From contig OZ360223.1 in NCBI GenBank assembly GCA_977017645.1, forward strand, positions 221,154,001 through 221,218,000: 64,000 nucleotides of DNA, written 5' to 3'. How positions within the stretch are numbered: position 1 is the first letter of the stretch; every line of letters begins with the position of its first letter. Positions 23,439 to 37,235 of this stretch are shown here, piece by piece. Made by a program: the position numbers and the translations under genes. The notes below the pieces were generated by a model. The model ran no database searches. It was not told the origin of the DNA and saw only the letters and a program-made list of their open reading frames with translations. This DNA comes from Torpedo marmorata (lineage: Eukaryota).

Positions 23439-24950
23439 GTCTAATTGGCAAGTTTGCAAACAATCTTGTTCAGTTTTCAGGAGTTTCCCTTTGAGGTCAC
23501 AAATAGTCTTTATATTGATCCCAAATATTGGGAAGACACCTTGGAATTTTCCCTACTCTTCACAGTGATGTGGATTTGTTTACAACTGACGTGGCCTTTT
23601 TTTAAATAGCACCTCTGTTATAATATCTACTATATTTTAGCATTGCTAAAAGCTTTGATTTTGGACTTGGATCCACAAGCTGACTCAGGCAACCACCGAG
23701 CCAAAGCTCACAGGCACTTTAAACAAATTGAATCATTTGCAGTGTAAATAAAATTGTGCAGAATTTTAGTAAATATTGGTGATGTGATGACTATAAATTG
23801 TAAAACTGTTACATCTACGTGAATGGGATTTTTCAGACTGAAAATTATCAGAAAGTTTCAAGTTTTTATATAAAAATTTCATTGATTTTCCAAAGTTTGA
23901 CAGGAGTGCTGGCAAACAGAATCATAGAATTGTACTGGCTCCAAAGGTGGCCTTTCAGTCCACCAAATCACGTGGCTTCTATTCGAACAATCCTATCAAT
24001 CCCATCATCCATTCTTTCTCTCTGTCGACATAAACCTTTTGTTCTCAATTAGCTAACCTCTCTAAGACAGAGGTAGAAGATATCATTGCTTGAATTATTG
24101 CTACACAAGCCATTTCATGTCACCTAATGTGATCTGAACATAGAAGGCCTTGGTCCAATGGCGAGGAAATCCAAGATGATTGCAGACCAGACTTGGCGGC
24201 ACACATTTTGCTCTCACGTGCTTCGACACACAGACACTCTTTTTAACCGTGCACAAATAAACAATCTCACCCACACCTCAGCCGTCTCCTCCCACCAACC
24301 CTTCCTGACATGATCTTGTACCCCTCCATCAACTTTCTTCTCAAACTCCTTTCTCCAGCCAATGTTGTAGCTGAAATCCTTAATTCTTGGAATTGACTCC
24401 AGTGAATCTTTTCTAGAATATTCCTCGAACTTCCATCTTTAATAAAAAACATTTAAAATTTTATTTACAACATGATAGAAGCCAATTCCAACCATTGAGA
24501 ACCATGCCTCCCAATTACATCCAGTTAACCTTAGTTGTAGTAACAGAAAAACAAGGTTACACCTGAAGAGAGGAAACAAAATGAGTAATTTTTTAAGGAG
24601 ACATTGGGAATCGTTGCAGAAGTTTATATATGTTTGGTTTCTGTGAATGAGGGAACTATGCAAGATGCATTGGACATGCTTAGGGTTACTAATTGAAATT
24701 AGAATAACGAATGGCATCAAGGCCTTTGGCCAACGTGGAACGCCATTTGGTGGCATTGTCATTGCTACATCTAGAAGCATTTGGCACTCGGGTTAGGTGG
24801 TATATCTTGCCCCCAATGTTTAGAGGCATTTTGAATTACCAGGACTGCTTGAACCTACTCTTATAATGCCAAAAAGGAAATTGCTCACTGGAATTGAACC
24901 TTTGTAAAAATTCAACATTTTATTCAAAGTTTAATGTTCACTTTTCTCAG

Positions 24951-25072
24951 CCACAAGAAGAAAAGCAGTTGGAGGCATCGGTGGATGCAATTATCAGCCG
25001 TGTGGCCGATCTGAAGAACTCTTTGGCTGCTTTCATCCTGAAATTAGAGAATGAATTTGATCGAATGAACTG
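24951..25072 (+). CDS. MED8: MED8 coding exon 2
   Basis: [40 protein letters not shown](W); AG/GT. Confidence 0.96.
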
Positions 25073-25436
25073 GTATGATGCCCGTTTGGAAAAACATGGT
25101 TTCTTCTCTCTCTCATTCCTCTAATTCTTTTAAAAGTACCACACAACTCCAGAAATTGGCATTCCAATTGGAAGAACTCCTGAGTGTGAGAAATAGGAAA
25201 TTAGAATTAATCTCTGGGTTGAGGTTATTGAATTTTAGTTGGGCTTATTCCAGCAACCAACCCAAGTTTCAACTACAATATTCCTGCTTGTTGCAGCACC
25301 TTGAAGGGAGTTTCTTCCTGTTGATTCAACTATTAGATTAAAGATAAAAATGATTTTTTGCTTTACCCATGGGTTGTGGGATGTGGCCACAGAAACAGCT
25401 TACCAGTTGCATGGGGTTGTATATTATCCTGTAATG

Positions 25437-25733
25437 CAGGGATGGCCAAACTATTTTGGTTGTGGGCATATGCAGAAAAATATAAGGAGTCACAGGCCAA
25501 ACAATATTAAGCCAAGCAGTTTTCAACCAATGTTGGCTCTTTTATCAGGCCGTTTAAAGCCTGTACAGAGCTGACCGTAGTCGGACTGGGCGGCTGAACC
25601 CCGCGCAGGAGCGCAGAGACTTCGCTCTCCGCGGGTCCGCACTAGCGGCAGCGCTGCTTTTTTTTTTAACAGGCCACTTAAAAATGAGCAACAGGCCGCA
25701 GTTGGCCCGGGGGCCGTAGTTTGGCCACCCCTG
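25437..25733. mobile_element. hAT-like MITE
   Basis: TIRs CAGGGATGGCCAAACTA / TAGTTTGGCCACCCCTG; imperfect 8-bp TSD CTGTAATG/CTGTTAGG. Confidence 0.75.
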
Positions 25734-26514
25734 CTGTTAGGTGTATCTTGCATGGGCAGGAGTGACATCCAGATGTGCTCTATTCTGACCAGCCTTTTTC
25801 TTGAAATTTTACCCTTTTTTAATCACTGACAAACTTTATATCAGCCCAGTTATCCTGAACACATTGGGATAACTCCTACATTTAAAATAAGCCAAATGCT
25901 AGAAATCTGAAATAAAAATACAAAATGCCAGAAATACTTAACAGGACAACAGGACAGGCAGCATCTGCGGAAAGAAAATCAAACTAAATGTTTCAGTAAC
26001 TGATGAACTGACATGCTCGCTGTTTCTCTGTGGGTGCTGCACTGTTTTGGGATGAAGATGCTAGACTGCTTATCAACATTGTTTTTAGTTAACCAGGCAG
26101 GAGTCTGCTCATCTTGATCTTTACATATGTCCTTATTTCTCCCTTTATTTTTTGCAAAGAGGTCACAAAACTTACTTTCTCGTCATAGAATTGAGAAGGA
26201 ACAGTTCCTTGACTGAGTTTTGCTCAGGAGTTAGAAGTTGTATAATTAATATTAGAACCATTGATGTAAGCGAGATACAGCCTGCAAAATGTAATCGCAA
26301 ACAGTAATCAGTCTAGTTTCTATTTCCAGGCTATTTAAGATCCCTACTGTGACCATGTAGTTTCTGTTCCTCATAAAGAGCGGTCTTGGCTTGTATAGCT
26401 AAATTTTGTGATGTAGATATATGTGTATAAATAGTATGAGAGTCAGTTCTTGATTATATCAGTTGTTCCTGTACTAACCATGTATCCTCTTACTATGGCT
26501 CACTACTCCCTAAC

Positions 26515-27710
26515 ATTAATGATCTGGAAGAGGGGACAGAATGTAGTGTATCTAAGTTCACTGATGACACTAAATTGAGTGGAAAAGCAAATGGTGCAGA
26601 AGATACGGAGAGTCTTCAGAGAGATATGAATAGGTTAAGTGAGTGGCCAAGGGTCTGGCAGATGGAGTACAATGTGAGGTTATCCACGTTGGAAGGAAAA
26701 ATGGAAGATCAAATTATTATTTAAATGGAAAGCAATTGCATCATGTTGCCGTGTAGAAGGACTTAGGAATGCTTGTGCATGAAGTGCAAAAGGTTGCAGG
26801 TGCAGCAGGCTATCAAGAAGGCAAAAGGAATTTTAAATTTAGACATACAGCATGGTAACAGGCCCTTTCGGCCCACGATTGATCTACACCCCTGGTACTT
26901 TTTTTTAAAAGGGTGGGATGAAACCGGAGCCCCCGGGTAAATTCCATGCAGATACAGGGAGAACGTACAAACTCCTAACAGACAGCGCGGGATTCGAACC
27001 CCGGTCCCGATCGCTGGCGCTGTAACAGCGTTGCACTAACTGCTGTGCTAACCGTGCAGCCCATAAATGTTAGCCTTTATTGCTAGAAGGATTGAATTTA
27101 GGAGCAGGGAGATTATGCTGCAGCTGTACAAGTTATTGGTGAGGCTGCATCTGGAGTACTGCGTGCAGTTCTGGTCTCCTTACTTGAGGAAGGGTGTACT
27201 GGCTTTGGAGGTGGTGCAGAGGATGTTCACCAGGTTGATTCCAGAGATGAAGGGGTTAGTTTATGAGGAGAGATTGAGTCGTCTGGGACTGTACTCGCTG
27301 GAATTTAGAAGAATGAGCGGGGATCTTATAGAAACATAAAATTATGAAATGCATAGATAAGATAGAGGTAAGTAAGTTGTTCCCATTGGTGGGGGAGACG
27401 AGAACTAGGGGACATAGCCTCAGGATTAAGGGTAGTAGATTTAGGACATGGATGAGGAGTAACTGCTTTTCCCAGAGGGTGGTGAATCTATGGAATTCAC
27501 TGTCCATTGAAGCAGTAACGGCTACCTCAGTAAAATATATTTAAGACAAGGTTGGATTGATTTTACATAGTAGGGGGATTAAGGGATATGCAGAAAAGGC
27601 AGGTAGGTGGAGATGAGCCTATCATCAGATCAGCCATGATCTCATTGAATGGCAGAGCAGGCACAACGGGCCATATGACCTACTCCTGCTCTTATTTATG
27701 TTCTTATGTT
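26515..27710 (+). mobile_element. CR1/HER1-like LINE 3' fragment
   Basis: KFTDDTKL, LVRLHLEYCVQFWSPY, RGHSL and SQRVVNLWN motifs; short-repeat tail. Confidence 0.88.
26831..27062 (-). mobile_element. tRNA-derived SINE (HE1/V-SINE-like)
   Basis: Minus strand has an A-box-like head and B box GGTTCGAATCCC, a core ggagtttgtacgttctccc and a LINE-type tail. Inserted in the CR1. Confidence 0.8.
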
Positions 27711-27848
27711 TTGACCTTCCCTTTTGATTAATTCTCTACATGCACAAAAACATCTTGCTATGTTCTCTCCAAATTCAGTTGTCTTTCCTATCTGATATGA
27801 AGTTTGTGCACCTGCCTTTGTCTGACTTGTCCTGCATCTATTTGACAG

Positions 27849-27993
27849 GCCCTCAGTCTTGGATAATTTTGCCCTGGTTTCTGGGCAGCTGAACACCTTG
27901 AACAAGCTCCTAAAGAATGATAAAACACCGCTTCTACGAAATCAGGTCATTATTCCGCTGCTGCTTTCTCCTGACCGTGACGATGAATTGATG
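27849..27993 (+). CDS. MED8: MED8 coding exon 3
   Basis: [48 protein letters not shown]; 145 nt. Confidence 0.96.
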
Positions 27994-29797
27994 GTATGTC
28001 ATGAATCCAATTGCATCTACCACATTATATTACTTGAGCCAGGGATTTCTCAAATGAAATTCTTGAACAGTATGATTCTCTGTGGATTAAGAATGGTGAC
28101 AATTTGTAATTATGTGAGAAATGCAGAGGCAATCGAACTCCTGCTGTATTCTGGGATGACTTGCAGAATACGTCAATGCTGAACAAGTAATTTATAGGAG
28201 TTTTATATACTCTCTTTTTCCAAAAAAAATGTAGTGTGGAAAGCTATCTGAAAGTGATGCAGTATAATAGCCGAGGAAATGGGATGGGTTGATGCCTTAA
28301 TAACAAAAGTGAAATGAACGTTATTTATCTTCATAGCAGTGACATTCATCCAGGTTAAAATTAGAAAGATGTGACACAAAAGCAAAATACTGCAGATATT
28401 GGAATATACAAAAAAATCAGAGAATTCCAGAAAAAAATGGCATGTTATGCAGATGAAAAATTAATATTTCAGATTGATGACCTTTCATCGGAACATTGAC
28501 CTGAAAATTTAACACTTTCTTTCCACGGATGTTGCATAATTTGTTGAGTATTTCAAGAGGAGATTTCACCCTGATGCATCTTTCAGGAAGGGATTATGTA
28601 ACAAAATGCTTCTCAAAACCACCTTTAATAGGTGGTTGTTCACAATCTTAACAAGGGAATTGTTGATTCTGAGATTCTGTAGTTCACTCTGTATGCAGGC
28701 AGTGCAAGATTATATTTTACCTGGTGATAGCTTCCACAAGTGGCTGCACTGTTAATCTTACAAATTCATACAACCCTGCTGTGATAATTCTGTTTGCGGT
28801 AAAGTACTTTCTATAAATTATACGAGGTTCTCATTATATTTTCAGTCTTGAAAGGTGAAAAATATTAAGTGCTGTGCCAACTCCATATAGCTAAATTAAT
28901 TATTTAGTTGCAATTAAATGATTTATAGAGGCAAACAATATACATTATAGAAAGCAAATTTAATCTAGAATAGCTACTTAAGATTCACCTCTTTTCCTCT
29001 TGATGCAAAGTACTTTGGCACATGTTCCTGTGCATGAGCAGCATCACAGAAATGTGAGCTACCATTATGAACCAAAACCTTGCATAGCAGATGCTGGAAA
29101 CATGGAAATAAAGCAAAAGGCACTGAAAATACTCAGTAGGTGACCTTCAAGCTCATCATCCTGAAAGTTTAACTATTCCTCTTTTCATGAATACTGCCTG
29201 ATGTGCTGAGTTTTTCCAGCATTTTCTGTTTTCTGAAGATTTACCCGTACTCCTGGAACCTTCTTGTTGGTACAGTAAAACCCCTGGTATCCGGCACCTA
29301 TGGGGATTGGTAGATGCCAGATAAGTATTTTCCAGTTGCTTGAGACTTAATCTTACAATGCCTCACTAAAACACCTGCTTACACTGAACAAACTTCACTT
29401 GCATGAATATTGTACAGGTGTGGGCGATCATGTCTCTCCATCCATCACGGTCTCTGACCCTCCGAATTGTAGTTGTTGCCTCCCCTGTTTCTAACCACGA
29501 TGTTAATCCATCTATCATTTTCATTCTCTGTCCGTCTCTGCTTCTTTTTCCTTCCAGCTTTCCAGTTGTAACTAAATGTTCTAATGTATCTCTTCGCATG
29601 ATGTGTCCAAAGAATTTTGATTGCTGTTTTCTGATTCTTTTAAGTAATGTACGTTTTGTTTTCGTTCTTTGTAGAACTTCTTCGTTTGTTATCCTGTCCG
29701 TATATGATATGCATTGCATTCTTCTGAGAAACCACATCTCTGCTGCATTGATTCTTTTTTCCATTGCATTTGTGATGGTCCACGACTCGCAACCATA

Positions 29798-30337
29798 CAG
29801 TGAAACCCCGATTTAACGCAAATTCGGATATAACGCGATTACAGCACCAATAGCCTGAATACAACTGGGATTGTCTGATCTCAGAAGCTAAGCAGGCACA
29901 GGACTGGTCAGTACTTGGAGGGGAGACCGCCAAGGAACACCAGGTGCTATAGGTTTCTGTGAGGGGTGCTGGACAAAATAGCGACCCTCTGTCTACCTTA
30001 CAGTAGACAAAAATTAAAGAATTTCATGTATGTTACATTCTAAATGTAGTATTACGTGACAATAATGGAACCTTTACCCTTTATGAGTCATTGGACCTGC
30101 TGATCAGCCTGCGCCGTCTGCCCGGGCTCCCAGCAGGAGCGGGGGCATCAGGCTCCCGGATTAATTTAAAATGCATACAAAATAACTGGGATGTTCCAAA
30201 TAAAGGAGAAATGGAAATAATGTAGGTATGCAAATTAAACAGGGAAATACAGTGAAACCCCGATTTAGCGCGACCCCGCTTTTTTCGCAATGAGATTTTA
30301 TGGACCCCAACGATCACGTTATAACGGGGTTTCACTG
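29798..30337. mobile_element. Tigger/pogo-type MITE inside the RTE
   Basis: TA|CAGTGAAACCCCG ... CGGGGTTTCACTG|TA splits the RTE reading frame at LMY|GCESW. An extra internal TIR copy sits at ~30250. Confidence 0.85.
29844..30083 (+). mobile_element. 5S rRNA-derived SINE (SINE3-type), copy 1
   Basis: GTCTGATCTCAGAAGCTAAGCAGG...CTGGTCAGTACTTGGAGGGGAGACCGCC...GGTGCTATAGG is 5S-like, followed by an unrelated ~130-nt tail ending in CCTTTA repeats. Confidence 0.88.
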
Positions 30338-32728
30338 TACATCAATATAGGAAGAATGTAGCATCTGAGAGTTCTAAGGCGGATGTCAATTGCTATTTTC
30401 TTGTTTGTTAGGATGTTTCTCATTTCTATAAATGCTGTTCTTGCCATTGCTATTCTTGCTTTTATGTCTATTTCGAATTTGCCATCAGATGTTACCCATG
30501 ATCCAAGGTACTTGAAGTTGTGAACTTCTTTCAGGATTTCATTTCCCAATATGATCCTACAATTTGGAATATCAGGTTTCTTTACTTCAGTTTTCTTTTT
30601 GTTTAAAGTTAGGCCAAGTCTTTCGCTCTCTGTTGATGGTAGATACTAATTTCTGTAAATTTACTTCACTGTTTGCTATCAGTACTGTATCATCTGCATA
30701 GCGGAGGTTGTTGATATTGTGTCCTCCTATACTTATTCCAGGTAGGTCTTGTATGGTTCTCATGATGTTTTCACTCTACAGGGAGAACAGAGCATGAATA
30801 TATAAACCTTAAATGCATTTTACTTTATTTTCAGTGATATTCTTTGAAAACGTTTAACCCTCGCTACATCTGCAGGTTCCTCCTCCTCCACGGAGCCGCT
30901 CGAAAGACGAACAATAACATGAGAGATAATTACCCCCCTCCCCCAAGTTTACAGATAAAGCCTCTGACCGGACAGCATCAACCAGCTCTTTATCCTGGGC
31001 CACGCCATTGCTGTTTCACACAACTTTATTCAAACAGCTGCTAAGACCAAAGCACGACCAAGGCACACCACTGGCTGAATATTTGCTCCCATCTTCATCA
31101 AAGGTTTATGTGTTACCTCAGATAACATTTACTTTTACAATTTTTAAACTTAGGTATTTTTTACCTATTATTTTATTCTTATTTTTTAATTTATTTTTCT
31201 CAGTTGTTTTGCTGGGTGCTTGAGGATGCAGGTTGCTTGAATTCCAGATACCAGAGGTTTTACTGTATCTAATGATGACACCATTTTTTAAGAAGTGAAA
31301 ATCAGTTGCTGCAGCAAATGAAAACATATGCATCCAATTTAGAATACAAGTCTTTAATTATATTTCCACTCCTTATTCTTCGACCAAATCACATCACATT
31401 TCTTTGTTAAAATACACCTGCAGTATGTTACCCCACTGCAACAGACAGATCAGTGTCCATGTTGTCTAACACTTCCAATGTGTGCAAGTTGCAGAATTGT
31501 TCCCTTTCCATCCAAGTCATGAATATTTAACAAGAAAAAGAGTGGCCTTTGTACAACCTGTGTGCAGTTGAGAGGCACCCAACCAACCACTATTTTATCT
31601 CATCTCCAAGTAAATTTCATACCAATGGAGCATTATATGGATACCATTATTTATTCCATTGCCTTCAGTTTTTGCTTGCCGAGCTGTTGTGTGGTATTTT
31701 ACTAAATGCCTTTTACCTTATCTTTGCCATGTTCTAGACTCGGAAGTGATGAGAGGGGAGATGCGAGAAATGCATGGGCAGGCTCAAAGGTTCTGTCTGC
31801 GATGGTAGAGCAGAAGTTGCAGTTCAGGAAGCAGGAACAAGTTTGATCTGTGCGCAGTCTCATCAGAATAGATACAATGAAGACAAGGATTTGGTTGCAT
31901 GGAATGGGCAAGGTGGAAGGAAATATCATCAAGATAGCTTAGGGAGTCTAGGGGTTTTAATGGATATTTGTCACGAAGCTACTCCCAGACTCAGAAATAG
32001 AGAGATCTAGAATAAAAAGAAAAGGACCATGTGAAGGTGTAAACAGGGTGGAAGTTAGCAGCAAAATTTATGAAATTACTGAGTTCTGCATGGATGAAAG
32101 AAGTAGCAACAACACAAAAATAAATATACCAGATAAAAGATTCAGAAAGGAAGCTTGAGTGGTAGTGAGGTAAACAAGAAAATCTGTAAATGCTGGGATC
32201 TAATGCAATAAACAAAAGTACTGGAGAAATTCAGCAGGTCACACAGCATCCATAGAAAGAAAAAGGCAGTCGACATTTTGGGCCTGAGCCCTTCTTCAGA
32301 AGTGGTAGTGAAACTGTTTTACTTAGTTAAATATAATTTGTGTGATAATAAATTTATTTATTATCAGGTAAATTTGTTTATTATCTAGGTACAGATTTAT
32401 GTTCTCTCGTATTATTATTTTAACAGCTTTTCCATCACTGAAGTTAGACTGACTGGTCTGTACTTGGGTTTATTCTTATAATCCTTTTTGAACAAAGATA
32501 CATCACTTGTAATTCTCAGGAGGCTTAGAAGTTTATGACCAGTACCTCTGCAATTTCCACCCTTACTTCTCTTACCAACCTGGGAAGATTGCTGTCCAAA
32601 CGTGGTGTATTTTTGTAGTTTTAATTTTCTTCCAAAATTAAATAAAACTACTTTTACTCAAGGGAAGTGCAAGTGTTAGCAATGTTTCAACAACCGTAAC
32701 TTTGCTGATTCGTGCCTTCCTTTCATAG

Positions 32729-32869
32729 AAACTAACAGAGGGTCGAGTTCCAGTTTTCAGTCATGAGGTGGTTCCAGATCATCTCCGAACAAAACCAGAT
32801 CCAGAAGTTGAAGAACAGGAAAAGCAACTGAGTGCAGACGCAGCACGTTTGGCACCTGATGTAGCTCAG
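32729..32869 (+). CDS. MED8: MED8 coding exon 4
   Basis: [47 protein letters not shown]; 141 nt. Confidence 0.97.
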
Positions 32870-35044
32870 GTAAAGCATTATTTGCATTTAGAAGTATAAT
32901 TTGCTTATAATGAAGACAAATTAAAATAGAAGTGGCTCCCTTCAAGCAGACAATGACAGCTAAAGAAATAAGAGGCAGTTGAAATGGTAAACGTGTCTGA
33001 TGTATTCAATCAAATAATGTTACATCCTATAAGGACCAATGCAGATGACCTGATACAGTTGAGAAAAAAATGATTTTGCCACTTTATTTCCATGGATTGA
33101 GGATTGGTTAATGGATAGAAAATAGAATAGAAATAAATGGATATTTTTCTTTTGTGGTGGGCAGGCTATAAATACAGAAATGCTGCATGCATTGGTTTGA
33201 GAAAGATTGTGAAGGGGAGTTGCTGTTGGAGGGGATGATAACATGCCAAAGCAACACAGCAGGTGAATTTAAGCTCTGAAAGTTTGGTAATCAAAATTGA
33301 CTTTGTCTCTTATTATTTTTTAACATGAATCCTTGAATTGAATGAAAGGCTAGTCTGGAGGAGTGGGGAAGGCAGATTGGACAGTGAATTTTAATAGAAA
33401 ATCGATGTTATTGTAAAGGAGGAATTTACAGGTTTGCGACGAAAGAACATGGTACTGGGACCCTACTCTTCAGGAATGTGGAGAGAAATATCAAGAGGAG
33501 GGGAAAGGTTAGAATCTATTATTAGAAAGTGATAGCAGGATGTGGAAAACAGTAATGAGATTGGTCACTCGACATGGATTTATGAAAGGGAAAGGATGGT
33601 GCTGACCTGCTGTGATCCTCTGGCATTTTGTGTGTTGTTCCAGTTTTACACCAGCTGTAGTCTCTCTTAGTTAGGTCATTTTTGGGTTTGGAGGATGTGA
33701 TTAGTGGGATGCTGCAAGAAATCAGCACTAGGGCCCAGCTTTTCACAATCTACATCAATGAGTGGAACAAAGGGCTAAGTGTAATGATCCAATTTTGTTG
33801 ACAACAGGAAGCTGTAAAGGAGCAAGGACAGAGCAAATGGAAAATCTTGTGGAAAAATGTAAGCAAAGTGGAGTACTTTTCAAATGGTGGAGTTTGAACG
33901 GTGTTGGTGTCTGAAAGAACCTGGGTCCTTTCGCATACATTTGACTGAAAATGATAAGCAGGTTCAACAAACAATTCAGAAGCCAAAAGAATAGTAGGAT
34001 TATATTTGCCACCTTTCAATACTTGGAATGTTGGAATTGTGGGCTGCAGATCCTCAAGTCCTGGGGACAATTTGGCTTTCAGTCCCATTAATTACTCCAA
34101 CAGTACTTTTTATGTAATTTTTCTTTTAGCCACTTTAGACATTTTACAAAGGCAAAGATGTCTGACTGCAATTAAATAGAGTCCTGGAACAATATATAGC
34201 TGTAAATCTATAGTTAGGCCCTCGCCTCCATGTCCGTTTCCTCTTCAAAATCCGAGTAAGCCAAGTAATTTAAGCCTGTGGAATAGATGGCGAACCTCCG
34301 TTTCTTTTTTTTTCTATTTCAACTTTTTCTTATTCCATTCTTTTCTTTCTTTTGGGGGGAAGTGGGTGGGTGGGTTTTTCTTTCTTTTTTTTTCCTTTAG
34401 TATAATAGTCAACATATATCAGTTGTTTAATATGAATATTATATTTGATGATGTATTGCTTTTGTTATTGATACTATGTTTGGCTTTAAAATATATAAAT
34501 AAAATATTCCAAAAAAAATACAGCCCTGGTGAGACTGGATCAGAAATATTGTATACAGACCTGGTCATCTGACATAAGGAAATGATTACTTATGATAGAA
34601 AGAATGCAACAAAGGTTTACAAAATTTATTTCTAAAATTGGTGGTGGGATGACTGATCCACTTAGGATGGATTAGGCAGGCCAGACTCTGTCTGAATTCC
34701 CTAGAGATTAGAAGAATGAGAGGCAATTTCATTGAAACAGTTCTTATGGGCTTCACAGAGTAGATGCAGGAAGATGTTCTCCTGGCTGCAGTATCTAGCA
34801 CAAGGGCCATTCAGGATAGGAGGAGAAGAAATTCCTTCAACCAGAGGGTAGCGAGTCTTTTGAAATCAACTCATGGCAGCTGTGAAGGTTCAGTCGCTGA
34901 AAAGATACTTGACAGAGACCAGTAGAATTTTGATTATTAAGGTAATCGAAGGATATTAGGTAAATGCAGAAAAGTGCCACTGAGGTAAAATATGAACTAC
35001 AATCTTATTAAATGGTGGGGCAGGCACAAGGGGCTAAATGGCCC

Positions 35045-36840
35045 ACTTATACTTGGCTCTACACAAAGCCCTGGAGCACCTGGACACCAAAGATGCATTC
35101 ATCAGGATGCTCTTTATCGACTACATTTCGGCATTTAACACCATCATCCCCTCAAAACTGATCAGCAAACTCCAAGACCTGGACTCAACACCCCACTGTG
35201 TTCCTAATCCTTTTCTTGCCCTGTTTGGAACAAGTAAGCCAACTGGCTTGAATTTGTCTGGACTACAATCCCGTGTAGTTGCCTTTGCTCTCCTTATTGC
35301 TAGAAGAGCTATATTAGTGAGATGGAAAGATGCTGTCCCTCTTACGCATATTCAGTGGCTATCTGATGTGATGGCATGCCTGACTTTAGAAAATATTAGA
35401 TGTTCTACTACTGAAATGAATTTAACTTTATAAGTTTATGGGGTCCTTTTCTTGATTATTTTCATAATTTGTAAGATTATTTAGATCCCGTTTTGTGGTT
35501 TGGTTGTTTTCCCTTTTACAGTAGTGGAACACATGTTCAACCAATAACTTCACAAGGGAGGGGTTAGATTATTAGTATAATTTTTACATGTTGTGTCTTT
35601 TTTCTGTTTTGTCTTTTTCAATGTATCATAGGTTATTTATAGCCATATGTAATTGTATATCTACTTTGTTGGATAATTATTCTTATTATTATTACCTATG
35701 TATGATTTACTTATAAAACTCAATAAAAATATTGAAAGAGAGAACACCCCACTGTGTAATTGGATCATGAATTTCCTCACCTCCATACCACAATCAGTGA
35801 GGATTGGTAAGAACGTCTCTTTCACAATCTCAATCAGTACCGGAGCACCACAGGGCTGCATTCTTCGCCCCCAGCTGTACTCACTTTACACCTACGACTG
35901 TGTGGCTCGGTACGACAATAACACCATCTACAAATTTGCCAACGATACCACTGTAGTGGGTTGTATAAAGAAAGGCGATGAGTCAGCATACAGGATGGAG
36001 ATTGAAAACTTGACTGAATGGTGCACTAACTCAATGTCACCAAAACTAAGGAGCTGATTGTTGACTTCAGGAAGGGAAAACCAGAGGTGTACGATCCAGT
36101 GATCATTGGGGGATCAGGGTGGAGAGGGTGAGCAAATTTAAGTTCTTGGGAGTCACTATCGGAGGATCTTTCTTGGACCCAACACACTAATGGCATCGTG
36201 AAGAAAGCACGTCAGCGCCTCTACTTCCTCAGGAGTTTGCAGAGCTTTGGTATTACATCAGAAACCCTGGCAAATTTTTACAGATGTGTTGTGGAAAGTG
36301 TGCTGACCGGCTGGATCACGCTCTGGTATTGGGGACACCAATACCCCTGAGCGTAAAGCCCTCCAAAAGGTAGTGGACACAGCCCAGGACATCACAGGCA
36401 AAACCCTCCCCACTATCAAGAACATCTACAGGGAACGCTGCCGTCGGAGAGCAGCAGCAATCATCAAAGATCCACACCACCCAGCACACACTATGTTCTT
36501 GCTGCTGCCATCAGAAAAGAGGTATAGGTGCCACAGGACTCGCACCACCAGGTTCAGGAACAGCTGCTACCCTTCCACCATCAGACTCTTCAACAATAAA
36601 CTCAATCAGGGACTCATTTAGCTACTCTACTTGTGCACTTTATTGATTTTTTTAAATTCCCTGTATTGCAGTCAGTTTGTTTACATTCGTTATCTGTTTA
36701 CAGCTCTTTATTTGTTTACATGTGTACAGTTCTCTTTTGCACTACCAATAAGTGGTAATTCTGCCTCGCCCGCAAGAAAAATCTCAGGGTTGTATGTGAT
36801 GTCATGTATGTACTCTGACAATAAATCTGAAATCTGAATT
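35045..36840 (+). mobile_element. Rex1/Babar-like LINE, 5'-truncated
   Basis: [22 protein letters not shown] and [10 protein letters not shown] motifs; tail (atctga)n. Confidence 0.88.
35202..35742 (+). mobile_element. L1-clade 3' fragment inserted in the Rex1
   Basis: [11 protein letters not shown]...[13 protein letters not shown]-terminus, AATAAA tail. 15-bp TSD AACACCCCACTGTGT at 35187 and 35743. Confidence 0.8.
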
Positions 36841-37029
36841 TGTTTACTTTTTATGTGAAGCTCTAATCTAGTTTTTATTTTAATCAATTTCCATTCCAGA
36901 ACCATCAGTTATTTCTACCCATTTATGTCGACCTTGTACTGCTTATAACAAGTATCGTTTTAAAAGTGAAGGACACAAACTAAATGTAAAATGTCAAGGT
37001 TACCATGGAGTTAATCTGTTGATCTACTG

Positions 37030-37235
37030 CAGCCATTCTCAACCTTTTTTTGGCTGTGGCCCCCTTAGGGCTCTGCTCAAAGTTTATGGGCCCTCTTTCC
37101 TGTGAAACAGTCAAGTTTAGTTGGTTTCTTCCATGCTTCTCTCCTTTCGACTACATAAAAAAATATTTTTATGATTTCAGTCCGTGGCCGCTCTTAAATG
37201 TGCTGTGCCCCCCCCCCCCTAGTTGAGAATGGCTG
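37030..37235. mobile_element. hAT-like MITE
   Basis: TIRs CAGCCATTCTCAAC / GTTGAGAATGGCTG; perfect 8-bp TSD ATCTACTG. Confidence 0.9.

Larger units (their letters stand above)
29411..30791 (-). mobile_element. RTE-clade LINE, 5'-truncated
   Basis: LRYADD-like, FKYLGS, YGCESWT, AAEMWFLRRM and FFGHIMRR motifs. 10-bp TSD GCATGAATAT at 29401 and 30792. Confidence 0.88.
29273..31265. mobile_element. Tigger/pogo-type MITE (TA TSD), host of nested elements
   Basis: TA|CAGTAAAACCCCTGGTATCCGG ... CCAGATACCAGAGGTTTTACTG|TA. Confidence 0.75.

Noticed and set aside
26985-27062. tRNA gene
   Set aside because: A and B boxes are present but there is no convincing cloverleaf, and it continues into a SINE core and tail.
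29844-29956. Functional 5S rRNA gene
   Set aside because: Diverged and lacking the 5S 5' end, fused to a shared retro-type tail, and dispersed inside other TEs.
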